Shown: positions 1 to 11,683, counted from the first letter of the stretch. The stretch: 64,000 bases of DNA from Octopus sinensis (GCF_006345805.1 NC_043004.1:106888001-106952000); one strand, 5' to 3'. The notes: generated from the letters alone by a model not told the origin. Program-made: numbers and translations.

Positions 1-336
1 TTTAAGTAATTATGACACTTCGGGTGGATGAAATTGGATTTAGGACGTTGTTGTGTATTTTCATACATTTTGACAAATTTTTGATACTTTTATAAAAAAA
101 AAAAAAAAACTCTTAGCAATTTTGAAGTGACCTTCCAGTAACTCATAGTTGATGAGTTGACCTGGACAACAACAGATTCAGAAATCCATGAAGATAACAT
201 ATTAGGATGGCCCAGATGAAATCCAGAGATGTGATTTGATATTCATAATACAGTAACTCTCAATCTTTATTTGGCTCAGTTGTAAAATCAGGAGTGGTAA
301 ATAAATTAGAGACGTCATAAAATGGAGAGGGATTTA

Positions 337-546
337 CCCTTTAGCATTTAAATCTGCCATATCTGGTCAAAACATTCTGCATAATTTATGTTCAAATTGG
401 ACAGATCTGGCCTCTCACACCTACCCTATAATGTCATTCTAAAAAAAATAAATAATCACATCATTGAAACCTTGAAGCACAATTAATTCAAAACTTCATA
501 AATAAATAAGCATTGCATTTCACAGAGCAATCTGAATGCTAACAAG
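337..546. mobile_element. piggyBac-like MITE (CCCTTTAGCATT termini)
   Basis: Terminal CCCTTTAGCATT...AATGCTAACAAG followed by TTAA; related copies at ~943-1913 and 8628-8845. Confidence 0.6.
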
Positions 547-1132
547 TTAAGGGAATTTATAAACAGATGATTTCATATTGATTTCAAATTTTGGCACAAG
601 GTCAGTGTGTTCAGGAGAGGAGTTAAGTCAGTTAAATCAACTCCAGTACTCGACTAGTGCTTATTTTATCAACCTTGAAAGGATGAAAGGTGAAGTCAAC
701 TTCAGTGGCATTTGAACTCAAAATGTAAAGACAGACAAAATGTCACTAAGCATTTTGGCCGACATACCAATGATTCTACCAGCTCACTGCCTTTAGATGA
801 TTAAATAATGATAAAAATAGTGAGCAAGAAAATTGATGACTGAAAATCAATTAGATGAGGAGATAATGACCTGTTGAGGTGTTACCTGGGTCAATAAAGC
901 AGAATGAGAAGAAAGGTATAGAAAAAGAACATAGATATCAAATCTTTAGCATTTGAACTGGCCATATTTGGCCCAAATATTCTACCTCTTCTTGTTCAAA
1001 CTAGCCAGGTCTGGCCTCTCAAGTGAACAAGGAATGAGTCATTTAAAAAAAGTAGGGGGCGGATGTCAGGTGCAGTGTTAGAAAATTTGGAGTAGCATGG
1101 AAGTTTTGAAGGATGTAGTGTCCTTTGATGTA

Positions 1133-1265
1133 CAAGGGGGTGCTGAAAAGTTCCTGGCTTTAAGGGTATCGTGCAAGGCTCTGGTTGGAGATCCAACCTT
1201 TCAAGTTCTTTTACAAGGCTTACAAAATCTGATAGACCATTGCAATAAGTGTGTAAATCTACAGT
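1133..1265. mobile_element. mariner-derived MITE fragment
   Basis: TA|CAAGGGGGTGCTGAAAAGTTCCTGGCTTT terminus shared with 7134-7322. Confidence 0.55.
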
Positions 1266-1352
1266 GTCCCTTCTAAAAATATACAGTCATATCATCAATA
1301 TTTCGAAGCTATGAGATAATGTATGATCAATTCAAAACAATGTGAATAAATA

Positions 1353-1873
1353 CCGTAAATCCTCGAGTATAGTCCACTCTTGAGTATAATACGCAGGGGA
1401 TTTTTAGGAGGCTGTACCTCTGAAAAACCTAAACCTTGTGTATAATACGCACTCCTTCTCTAACTTGAGTCAAGGAGGTCTGTATAACGTCCTTGGTTTG
1501 TAAAACTGTATACGGTAACGTCCTTTATTATTATTGTATATTTAACATAATGCAAACGTGTAGCTTTTTTGTGCATTTTGTTTGCGGAAAATAAAGAAAT
1601 AACAGTAATAATAGTAATAACATTTAGTAAATGTTGCTTACTGCAAGTTATGGATGATTCTTTTATGACTTCATTGCTTTCAGGCTTAGCTTAAGGTATT
1701 TTCATGCCTGGCATCACAAAATGTGTCTGAATAAACATTGCCAGACAGCAAATAGAGACTCGGACATTGCTTAGAAAATAATTTTCTTTTTTAACCTCGT
1801 ATATAGTACGCACTAGGGATTTTGACCTTTAAATTTTGGGGAAAAAATGCGCATTATGCTTGAGAATTTATGG
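1353..1873. mobile_element. pogo/Tc2-type MITE, copy 1
   Basis: TA TSD on both sides; TIR CCGTAAATCCTCGAGTATA / TTATGCTTGAGAATTTATGG; near-identical to 2538-3061. Confidence 0.8.
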
Positions 1874-1923
1874 TAAGTGTTGCATTTGACAGAATAATCT
1901 GAATGCTAAAGGGTTAAACTTAC

Positions 1924-2165
1924 TTCTCTAATTTCTTATCTTCAGACTGCAGGATACCTTTAATGTAGGTTTGCATGAAAACTTTCATTTCCTGTATCCT
2001 CTCTTTTTGGATCCATCCCACCAAGAATTTGGTTATCTCTTTCTTTTCACATTTATCCAAAACGAGGAAAGCTTCTGTTCGAATACTAACGGAATCATAG
2101 TTGTCTTTCAGTAAATTTTTCATTGCTGCTTCAATGGCTGGATCACAATCCATTTCTTTCAGAGC
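1924..2165 (-). CDS. LLTP exon 13 (last exon in window; gene continues beyond position 1)
   Basis: 242 nt, phase 0-2, donor AA|GTAAGT; ALKEMDCDPAIEAAMKNLLKDNYDSVSIRTEAFLVLDKC...IQKERIQEMKVFMQTYIKGILQSEDKKLE; matches the C-terminal helices of the LLT module. Confidence 0.92.
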
Positions 2166-2537
2166 CTGTCTCAAGAAAAAACAAATACAAACAGTTATTT
2201 TCGCATATCAAGAGAAACAGTGAAATAAGACGCAGTATGACAAGAATTACTTATTCTAAATTTTTTTTTATTTTTCCTCTGGGTTTTGTTAGTAAATGTC
2301 TAAGCAACAATCTGGATAAGCTGAGATTTTCAAAAAAAGAAGTCAACCAGTTAATTAACCCTGTACAAAAACAATCAGTAATTGGAACAGTAAAACTATG
2401 CAAGACTTTTCTCAAGTTTAACATGTTAATTTATTTTTGCAATTTACAATCCAAAAATGAAGCATTGTACTTTTGTTAGAAACCAGCTCCCTCCTCAGAG
2501 GAAGATTTCAAATAATGAAAAAGCAGAAGAAAGCATA

Positions 2538-3061
2538 CCGTAAATCCCCGAGTATAGTCCACTCTTGAGTATAATACGCAGGGGATTTTTAGGGGGCTGT
2601 ACCTCTGAAATACCTAAACCTTGTGTATAATACGCACCCCTTCTCTAACTTGAGTCAAGAAGGTCTATATAACGTCCTTGGTTTGTAAAACTGTATACGG
2701 TAACGTCCTTTATTATTATCATTGTATATATAACATAATGCAAACGTGTAGCTTTTTTGTGCATTTTGTTTGCAGAAAATAAAGAAATAACAGTAATAAT
2801 AGTAATAACATTTAATAAATGCTGCTTATTGCGAGTTATGGATGATTCTTTTATGACTTCATTGCTTTCAAGCTTAGCTTAAGGTATTTTCGTGCCTGAC
2901 ATCACAAAATGTGTCTGAATAAACATTGCCAGACAGCAAATAGAGACTCGGACATTACTTAGAAAATAATTTTCATTTTTAATCTCGTATATAGTACGCA
3001 CTAGGGATTTTGACCATTAAATTTTGGGGAAAAAATGCAGATTATACTCAAGGATTTACGG
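2538..3061. mobile_element. pogo/Tc2-type MITE, copy 2
   Basis: TA TSD; TIR CCGTAAATCCCCGAGTATA / TATACTCAAGGATTTACGG; same orientation as copy 1. Confidence 0.8.
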
Positions 3062-3105
3062 TACATACATACATACATACGTACATACATACATACATAC
3101 ATACA

Positions 3106-3139
<34 letters not shown>

Positions 3140-3475
3140 CATACATGCAAAAATACCCTGTTGTTAATGTTGAAATTCCAATGAAGGAGACTTGAATCTA
3201 GGTTAGAAACTGATTCTTTCTCTATTTGCAAGAAATCTTGAAATAAAACTGAATTATGACATACATACATGCATACACACATACATACATACATACATAC
3301 ATACATACATACATACACACATTCATATACGTCCATCATCAATACATACATACATACATACATACATACATACATACATACATACATACATACATACATA
3401 CATACATACATACATACATACATACATGCATACATACATATATACATACATACATATATACATTCATACATTCAC
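3062..3475. repeat. (CATA)n microsatellite tracts
   Basis: Two long ACAT arrays at ~3062-3147 and ~3258-3475. Confidence 0.9.
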
Positions 3476-3657
3476 ACATTCTAGTTTATTTAGATATGCG
3501 TATTATATTCTGGTGGCTAAAATGGCTGTCGCCAGGAAGGGCCCCTGACTATAAAATACTATAAACACTATACAACAAGAGAAAAAACACAATGATGATA
3601 TTTCGTTTTGGGATTTGGTTTGCAAGATTCTTCATATGAGTTTGTGTGTTGAAGCAT

Positions 3658-3882
3658 ATTCTGTTGTGTCTGGAGAGAGTAATATTTTTTGTGCCTTATA
3701 ATTTAACACACTCATCGGTAAAATTTCCACTTATTTCTTATTTTTATTTTCCTAAAACTTTCGTTGCATCTTGCAACCTTTTCAATAGTCTTGACTATTG
3801 AAAGGGTTGCAAGACGCAACCAGTGAGTATGTTAAATTATAAGGCACAAAAAGAAAATGACTCTCCCCAGACACAACAGAAT
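3658..3882. repeat. Foldback (inverted) repeat, Penelope-terminal-repeat-like, with hammerhead-like motif
   Basis: Outer arms ~3658-3714/~3824-3882, inner 28-bp hairpin 3763-3820; hammerhead-like core on minus strand 3752-3788. Confidence 0.6.
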
Positions 3883-3894
3883 GATGATATTTAA

Positions 3895-4116
3895 CCCTTT
3901 TGTTACCATATTTCTGTCGAGATACTCTGTGTTACTTTCAATTAATTTTAAATATAACAAAGAATTTAGTAAAATAACTTAGTTATCAAAAAGCTAATGT
4001 TAGGAACATAAATTGTGACTAAGGTTTAGGGGAAGATTTTAATTCAGAACTTTTGAAAAGAAGACATTTATACTACAGAGCCAGAGGCAGTTTGAGCCGG
4101 GTTGGTATCGAAAGGG
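3895..4116. mobile_element. piggyBac-like MITE (second family)
   Basis: TTAA|CCCTTTTGTTACC...GGTATCGAAAGGG|TTAA. Confidence 0.7.
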
Positions 4117-4202
4117 TTAAACACCCTTGTCTCAATGTGTATGCTGAGTCAACAGAAATCTGTTGGAAAAATAATAAATGACTAGAAACCCATTCAACTT
4201 AC

Positions 4203-4319
4203 CCGAATTGCTGATTTGCGCATTGCTAAACTATGGTGGGTACTCTCTGCACATTTTATAATATCTGGAATTATCTTTCTGTAAACGTTTGGAACCAGAG
4301 GTCCAAGGTTTTCCAAACC
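4203..4319 (-). CDS. LLTP exon 12
   Basis: 117 nt, tttctttttgtAG / GTAAGT; GLENLGPLVPNVYRKIIPDIIKCAESTHHSLAMRKSAIR; R-x2-A-I-x-A-L motif completed by the next exon. Confidence 0.92.
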
Positions 4320-4489
4320 CTACAAAAAGAAAAACAGAATATTTAGAAACAAAATAATTTTAATCAATCACAGAAATAAGCGATTGCATGGTTTCTGTGT
4401 GTGTGTGTGTGTGTGTGTGAGTGAGTGTGTGTGTAAAGATAGATGTAGATATAGATATATGCATATAATATATTCATACATACATTGTG

Positions 4490-4780
4490 AAGACACATGG
4501 GTCAGTGGTTATGGTGTTACACTAACAATTGCGAGATCATGGGTTTGATTCCCAGATTGGGCATTGTAAGGTGTTCTTGAACAAAGCACTTCATTTCATG
4601 TTGCTCCATGATCGTTTCATCATCTGACATGTGGCACATAGCACCCGTATGGGTAATGTTGATTTGATGGAGGGAGTGAGCTTATGTGTACACAAACACT
4701 TGATTACTAATCATCTATGTAGCTGTTCGTCAAGAAACTGCTGAACTCTCATACATCATCTGATGATGAAAGAGTCCATG
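4490..4780 (+). mobile_element. tRNA-derived SINE (decayed)
   Basis: A-box-like GGTCAGTGGTT and B-box-like GGTTTGATTCCC, followed by body similar to 23265-23580; boundaries approximate. Confidence 0.5.
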
Positions 4781-4782
4781 AG

Positions 4783-4833
<51 letters not shown>

Positions 4834-5092
4834 CATATATATATACATATATATATATATATACATATATATAGATAAGAAAGTTGGTTTGTGAAAGCAC
4901 GTGGTTGGATATATAGAAAATAGTAAAAAGTGAAAAAACTACAGAAGGCTTAAAGGTTAAAAAATATATATTTGCGTCAATATGTCTGAAGAATATTAAA
5001 AAATTTTTTTTTCCTTACAATGACATAATTTTGAAGAAAGACCGGTTTCGCGTTTAGCTTTTCAAATTTCTTACGACGTTCAAATTTCTTAC

Positions 5093-5132
<40 letters not shown>

Positions 5133-5133
5133 C

Positions 5134-5181
<48 letters not shown>

Positions 5182-5875
5182 CACACATATATATACATAT
5201 ATATATACATATATTCAAATAAGAATTAGAAGCAGCTCAAGTCTTGTAAAAGATATCAAACACACATAACACATATACCTAATGTATGTGCTTTACTAGT
5301 TTGTCGGTTGGCTGTGATTTGAAGCACTGGAAATGACTCAACACACCAGTTTTTAAAATACCTGAAAGTCAGTCATAGACAGGTGAGGAGTGATGGACAT
5401 CGATGTTTCGTCATTTTTGTGACTTATTAACGTCATGTACCTGAACTGGACCTGAATAGTCTCTCTATGACAATATGTAAAAAAAATGGTAAAGATCCTC
5501 TTTGGTCATGAATGACCATGAGATTGCATCTAGAAAGTTATCTTCCAAGGCACAAGTCCAGGCAAGGTTGTTTATGAGAGACCAGCAGCCACCCGTACAT
5601 ACCGGCTTCCTCTCTCCAAAACACTGATGTTATCCAAAGGAGAGGCAAAGGCCAATACAGCTTGGCACCAATGACATTACAACTCATTTCTACAGATGAG
5701 TGAACTGGAGCAATGTGAAATAAATTGTCTTGCTCAAGAACACAACACACAGGAATCGAACTCACTACTTCATGATTGTGAGCCTGATGCCTCTAACCAC
5801 TGAGCCATGCACCTTCACTGTATGTAAAATGGTGTAAAAATCACCTGCTGGTATTCCCGAACAATACACATGTAG

Positions 5876-6127
5876 AGGCAACAAGTTGGCAGAAATGTTA
5901 GCACACTGGGCGAAATGTTTAGCGGTATTTCATCTACCGTTACATTATGAGTTCAAATTGCACCAAGGTCGAATTTATATTTCATCCTTTCGGGGTCAAT
6001 TAAATAAGTACCAGTTACACACTTGCTGTAATTGCTTAATTGACTTATTTGCTGTAATTAAGTTATTCCCTTTGTCCTTGTTTGTCCCCTCTGTGTTTAG
6101 TGCCCCCTGTGGGCAATAAAGAAATAA
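5876..6127 (+). mobile_element. tRNA-derived SINE family A (~240 bp)
   Basis: Head GGCAGAAATGTTAGC...GAGTTCAAATT, body GTCGAC...CTTTCATCCTTTCGGGGTC, tail AATAAAGAAATAA; related copies near 585-790, 9895-10090, 12148-12340, 20505-20735, 39075-39282, 42587-42790, 55380-55585, 59845-60052. Confidence 0.75.
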
Positions 6128-6549
6128 ATACACATGTAGAAATAAATTCAAACATGAATCAAAAGCAGTGCAATATCAAACACACATACACAATGTATGT
6201 GCCTGGCTAGTTTGTCGGTCAGCTGTGATTTGAGGTGTAGGTGATGACTGTCTCAAAGTGCCGGGTGTTAAAACATCTGAAAGTCAAATGGATGTATTTG
6301 TGTGTGTGTGTGTGTGTACGCATGCGTGTGTAGGTATGTGTGTGTGTGTATGTGTGTGCGCGCGTGCATGTTAGGTAGAGGTGAGAGTGGGAGAAAGAGG
6401 AAGAAGAGGAAAAAGATAGAGATAGGGAGAAAAAGAAAGACAAATAATTTTCAAACTGTTCTATGTCTTTGATTCCACAATTTTTTTCCTTTCAGTTTCG
6501 TATTTTCTAAACCAAGAGAAAATAACAAACAATAGCAGAAAAATCCTAC

Positions 6550-6651
6550 CTTTAAAATCCAAATGGTATTAATTTCATCCTTGTCACTATGGCCATATTG
6601 GTTGAGTGTCTGGTGATAGAAGTCAAGGGTCTCATACACAGGATTGTTGGG
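6550..6651 (-). CDS. LLTP exon 11
   Basis: 102 nt, ttgattttcAG / GTAGGA; PNNPVYETLDFYHQTLNQYGHSDKDEINTIWILK, running into the LKxLxNxG motif. Confidence 0.87.
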
Positions 6652-7133
6652 CTGAAAATCAATAAAACAACACAGTCATTTTAAGGGTTATCTAGTAGAA
6701 CTGACCCTTTAACTCAACTGCTTTCTAAATAAAGAACAATATAGAGATATTGTTATATTTCAGGATGGTCAGTTTTCACTCGTTTATTACTGTTCTTATT
6801 CTAACTGATGTCCATTATCCAGAAATCTTTCATCACACATCTAAGACCTCTTCAGCGACACTTTCCATCCTCATGTATTCTCCTCCTCCACTTAGTCCAT
6901 TCTACCCTTCTATGATGGGTATCCTTATCTATGTATGTGTTTGTGTCTATATCTGTGCATCTGTGTGTGTGTGTGTGTATGTGTGTCTGTGTGTGTCTGT
7001 GTGCATCTCTGTCAACACAAATTCATAAATGTAATATAGAGATAACTAAAGTAATAATTCTACAGTGAGTTGGTTGACCCCTTTGGAAAAAATGGATGGC
7101 CAGCAATATCCCTACCTGTAGAGGTAGATGTTA

Positions 7134-7322
7134 CGAGAGGGTACTGCAAAGTTCCTGGCTTTAAAGGAAACTCCACCTTCTGAGTTCTTTTACAGAGCTC
7201 AGAAAAACTGAAGAACCATTACAATAAGTGTGTGAATCTGAGAAGGAAATATGTTGAATAAAATCATAATTGATCTTGTAGTTTCTTTTACCTAAAGTCA
7301 GAACCTTTTCAGCATTCCTTCG
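7134..7322. mobile_element. mariner-derived MITE
   Basis: TA|CGAGAGGGTACTGCAAAGTTCC ... GAACCTTTTCAGCATTCCTTCG|TA imperfect TIRs. Confidence 0.65.
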
Positions 7323-7494
7323 TAAGAAGATTTGTTGGAACCAGGGTTCACTCAATGCTAAGTACGCTCAGACTAGCTGTAAAGGATTAAAAGGATGCTG
7401 CATGTTGCCAGAAAATTGTTGCAACTTGCTGAGAAAGCAAGCCACTCCTCATCACAGAGTTGGAGTGGTGCAGCAAGAAGTAGCATTAAGAAAC

Positions 7495-7605
7495 AATCTG
7501 ACTAGAGTCATAACATCTGGCCAAGAGGTGTTACATCTAGCCAAGAGTCACAACATCTGGTCTAGAGTCACAACATCTGGCCTAGAGTCACAACATCTGG
7601 CCAAG
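7495..7605. repeat. ~22-bp minisatellite (AGAGTCACAACATCTGGCC-type), ~5 units
   Basis: Visible tandem units. Confidence 0.75.
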
Positions 7606-8488
7606 TGGTGCAATATTTAACTTAATAGTGATTGTGCTGTTGTGCAGGGGTTTTGTCACTTACATCAGTGGATGGCCCAGGCTAGTTCTGGTGGTATGGT
7701 GGGTGGAGCTGAAACACCTAAAATGCTGCTTTCCTGCCTGATAAGACATCAATGCTTGCATTTGGTAAAGGAGTACAGCAACACTCTCAACACACAAGTG
7801 TTTCCCTTAAAATGTTGTAATTTAGCCCAATTTTAGTCTTAATCCAGCAGACCAATGATCAATGGTCACAACTGTTTCATTTTTTTTTTTACCTTTTCAG
7901 ACATATGTTGGCCTATAACATCTAAAGCGTTCTTTACTTTTTAGAACAACAGACTGTAATTTGAGAGAGATTTGGCTACTGTTTCTACCAAACCGAATGT
8001 TGAATAGAATCTCTGTCATTTGGTAGTTCAGCAATATATGACTATACCTTGCTAGGTACCTTCAAAAGAGGTTTGTTTGCATTGAGAACTGTCTTCTTAA
8101 AATTAACAATATCCATGTGAAAGTAAAACAGATGTTTTAGTTTAGATTAAAGGCTGATGGGATCTCCTATCTGAATATAATCATATCTCTATTTATCTGA
8201 GAAGGTAGCCCACCTAATGGAAATATAAGTCTGAAGAGATAATTTTATAAATATTTTATCTGAAATGTCTGTTTATGCCTGAAGTATCTAGAAATAGACT
8301 GACCGACTACCTGCAAGTTGGCAACAATCTTAGAACTCCAGAACTTGGGTGAGGGGTGACTCCAACTTTAACTTCAATCCTACCCCACTGTCAAGAAAGA
8401 TATATACACTTAAATAAAATGAGAATTCTATATCCAATAGAACATTGCAACTGTAAATAAACCAATAACCCAAATATAGAATACTCAC

Positions 8489-8584
8489 CTGTTTTATTTG
8501 ATGAGGATTTGCTGTCTTGGCATAGGTAACAACAAGATTTGTTAATGTTGTACAACTGTTCAACTTTTCTTTTTTACAAAAGTT
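8489..8584 (-). CDS. LLTP exon 10
   Basis: 96 nt, ttgtcttttaacAG / GTGAGT; NFCKKEKLNSCTTLTNLVVTYAKTANPHQIKQ. Confidence 0.85.
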
Positions 8585-8627
8585 CTGTTAAAAGACAACA
8601 AAAGATTTCATTATAATTTATCTTGAA

Positions 8628-8845
8628 CCTTTTAGCATTCGGAGTTCTCTGTGAAATGTAATGTTTATCTATTCACATAGATTTGAACCAGTTATGCTTT
8701 ACCTTGTAGCTTTGAGACTTCAATGATATGATTGTTTATTTTTAGAATGTCATTGTAGGGTAAGTGTGAGAGGCAAGATCTGACCAGTTTGAAGATAAAA
8801 CAGGTAAAATATTTTGGCCAGAAATGGTGTTTGAATGTTAATGAG
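8628..8845. mobile_element. piggyBac-like MITE (family of 337-546)
   Basis: CCTTTTAGCATT start, ends ...AATGTTAATGAG|TTAA; internal similarity to 337-546. Confidence 0.55.
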
Positions 8846-8889
8846 TTAAGGCAACGAGTGGCTGACAGGAAACAGTAACAGTGTATCAC

Positions 8890-9195
8890 TATCATTTAAT
8901 GTTTGTTTTCCATGCTGGCATGGGTTGGAGGGTTTGACAGGAGCTGGACCAACCAGAGAGCTACACAGCCAGGGAGCTGTTCAGCTAGGGAGCTGCCCAG
9001 CCAGGGAGCTTCCCAGCCAGGGAGCTGCTCAGCCAGGGAACTTCCCAACCAGCGAGCTGCCCAGCCAGAGAACTTCCCTACCAGGGAGCTATCCAGAATC
9101 CAGTTGTTTGCTGAGGCGTGGTTTCTATGGTTGGATGCCCTTCCTAATGCAAATGGCTTTATAGAATATGTTGGATGCTTTTTATGTGCCACCAG
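8890..9195 (-). mobile_element. RTE 3'-end fragment with internal CCAGCCAGGGAGCT tandem expansion
   Basis: Reverse complement of the RTE 3' UTR (AAGCACC...GGCATCCA...CCAACCCATGCCAGCATGGAAA...TTAAATGAT); 8945-9090 is a ~18-bp tandem array. Confidence 0.65.
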
Positions 9196-11414
9196 CAGTA
9201 CAGTGATGGATTAAGTGGCTCAATGTTGAAATACATGATACAGTGTTGATGAAAATTGCATAGTGTTGAGCTAACTGTTCAGTGATGGTCTAAATGGTAT
9301 AAATGGTACATGTTGGAGTAAATGGTACAAGATTACTGTAAATTATGTAGTGTTGGCAAAAATGATGGAAGTTTCTTCCTATCCAAAGAACATGAAGTAG
9401 AGTAGCATGCCTTCAAGGGATTATATAAACTGATCTTTGATATTGCATGGCTTTTCTTCTTGTCTGCAATTAGTAGATTTAAAGTGAGAGTTAATCCACA
9501 CAATCTGATCCCATTCTTTAAATTTGGAGAGGTCTGACTACAGTGCCTCAACTGGTTAAGACAGCTGCAGTGAGCAATAACTTGTAGGTTTTACAATGAA
9601 GTGGCCATCTCCTAGGTGGATTGCCTTACAGGGCTGGAGAGCTCCACCTACCCTGGAGTTGCCAGAAGGGCATTGCACTCCACCTACCCTGGAGTTGCCA
9701 GAGGACATTGAACCACCTATGGAATTAAATTCCTTGATTTGCTGTTGAGGTTTCCTCTCTTAACATTTTTCATTCCCAAGGCAATGAACATTTGTATTTG
9801 TAGTTTCTTCCTGTAATTGCTAATTAACCAATTATTGGAACTCTGGCAGATGCTATTCCTCTGGGTCAGAGTAAGCATGTGAACAATAGTAGCCATGAGG
9901 CCCAAAATTTTGGAGGAGGGGGCCAGTCAATTAGATTGACCCCAGTATGCAACTGGTACTTAAATTATTGACCTCGAAAGGATGAAAGGCAAAGTCGACC
10001 TCGGCGGAAATTGAACTCAGAACATAAAGACAGAAAAAATACTGCTAAGCATTTCACCCGGTATGCTAATATTTCTGCCAGCTTACCTCCTTTGGATGAC
10101 AGCTTATTAAAGGAGTGCCAAGTTATGCAAGTGAGTGGAACAGGAAGAGCAAGGTAAAACGAGGTAAAAATGGTTAGGGTTGATCTCAGTATGCTGAACC
10201 ATGCAAAGGGAGATAACAAAGGATAAGGGAAAGTGTGGCAAGAAGCTTTGATAGGACTGACCTATACAACCCACGCCAGCATGTAAAAATAAAAATAAAA
10301 TATAAAATGGTGATGAAGATGACAATGCATATTATACCATTGGCTTTCTAGCAATCTAATTATGTGTCAAGATGATGACTTCTTACTGAAAACAATGGTT
10401 AGCTGTTATCTGTTGGGAGGGTCATTATGCTAATAATAAACACACACACTGGTTCTGTTTCACTTCTTTATTGTTTGTTTATTTGTCAATTGGTTTAATT
10501 ATTTAATCCATTTACTAATCAGTTGCTTGGTTAATCAATATATCAGTCCTTTTGTCGCCATTTGTGACCTCTCCAATAATATGCCCCACAAATGGCAACA
10601 AAAGCACTAATAAGTGGCACTTCATTGGTTACAATGATAAATGTCCAAGTTGATCTGATCAATGGAACAGCGAGCTCATGAAGCTAATGTGCAAGTGGCT
10701 GAGCACTCCACAGACACATTTACCCTTAATGTAGTTCTCAGGGAGATTCAGTGTGACACAGAATGTGACAAGGCTGGCTCAGGTACAACTCAGTGTTGCC
10801 AGCTGAGTGGACTGGAGCAACATGAAATAAAGTGTCTTGCTCAAGGACACAACATTCCACCTGGCATTCAACTCATGACCTTACAATCACGAGCTAAAAC
10901 ACCTAACCACAAAGCCATGCAAATGACTATGACAAATCTAACAGATTGATTGATTAACCAAAAAATTAATCAAGCTATCTATTAGTTAATTGGTTTAGTA
11001 ATTAACCTATTGACAAATAAAAGGACTGAAATGGAACCAGTGTGTGTATTTATTGTTGGTACAATGATCTTCTTGAAATTCAAAAACAAAAGTATTTTAA
11101 CACAGAAGTTCACATCAAAAACCTTGCAAACAAAAACAAATTAGCTGATAATCATTAAAATATTTGGTGAATTCTCTTTCAAAGCATAGTTTGTAACTCC
11201 TGGAAATGATAGTCTAATGAGTATGGAAAACACCAGTCGTTATTTAGAGCAGAACAAGAGGGAAAGCTTGTCACATGTTAAATATTATTATTTCATATCT
11301 TTTCCAACTTTTGCTTTGTGCAGAAAGATAAACATTTATTTTAGCCTGTTCCAAGCACCTGCTTCATGTAACAATGCACAGAGTGTTTATATGAACAAAT
11401 AAAATATATCTTAC

Positions 11415-11585
11415 CAGTAAATCATTGAGCATCTCTTCATCAACATCGGAATAGAGGTTCAGATTGAGTAAGAAGTTATTCTTTTTCCATTCAGTAAGTT
11501 TGGCCAAGTTTTTCACAACAGCTTTAATACATTTCTTCTCTCCGCAGTTACTTAGGACATCAATATATATTATCTCCTTCAAAGC
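11415..11585 (-). CDS. LLTP exon 9
   Basis: 171 nt, phase 0-0; ALKEIIYIDVLSNCGEKKCIKAVVKNLAKLTEWKKNNFLLNLNLYSDVDEEMLNDLL; donor GTAAGA; atypical acceptor (see findings). Confidence 0.85.
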
Positions 11586-11597
11586 CTATTAGTGGCA

Positions 11598-11632
11598 ATA
11601 ATAATAATAATCATCATCGTCATCATAATTAT

Positions 11633-11683
<51 letters not shown>

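Larger units (their letters stand above)
943..1913. mobile_element. piggyBac-like MITE carrying two nested insertions
   Basis: Ends AATGCTAAAGGG|TTAA at 1913-1917; same family as 337-546; interrupted by a mariner MITE fragment (1133-~1265) and a pogo-type MITE (1353-1873). Confidence 0.6.

Noticed and set aside
100-300. Possible exon 14 of the LLTP gene
   Set aside because: The best AG (TTGTCCAG) gives a stop in the required phase-2 frame and has no good donor; the next exon is probably outside the window.
3001-3564. ORFs of MYVC/HTYI type here and similar ones at 11589-11991, 24742-25382, 27527-27849, 49694-50544, 58025-58724
   Set aside because: Translations of microsatellites, not genes.
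8221-8280. CTGAAGA-GATAA..TTATC-TGAAATGTC hammerhead-like string
   Set aside because: Stem I does not pair convincingly and no second copy is visible; could be chance in AT-rich DNA.
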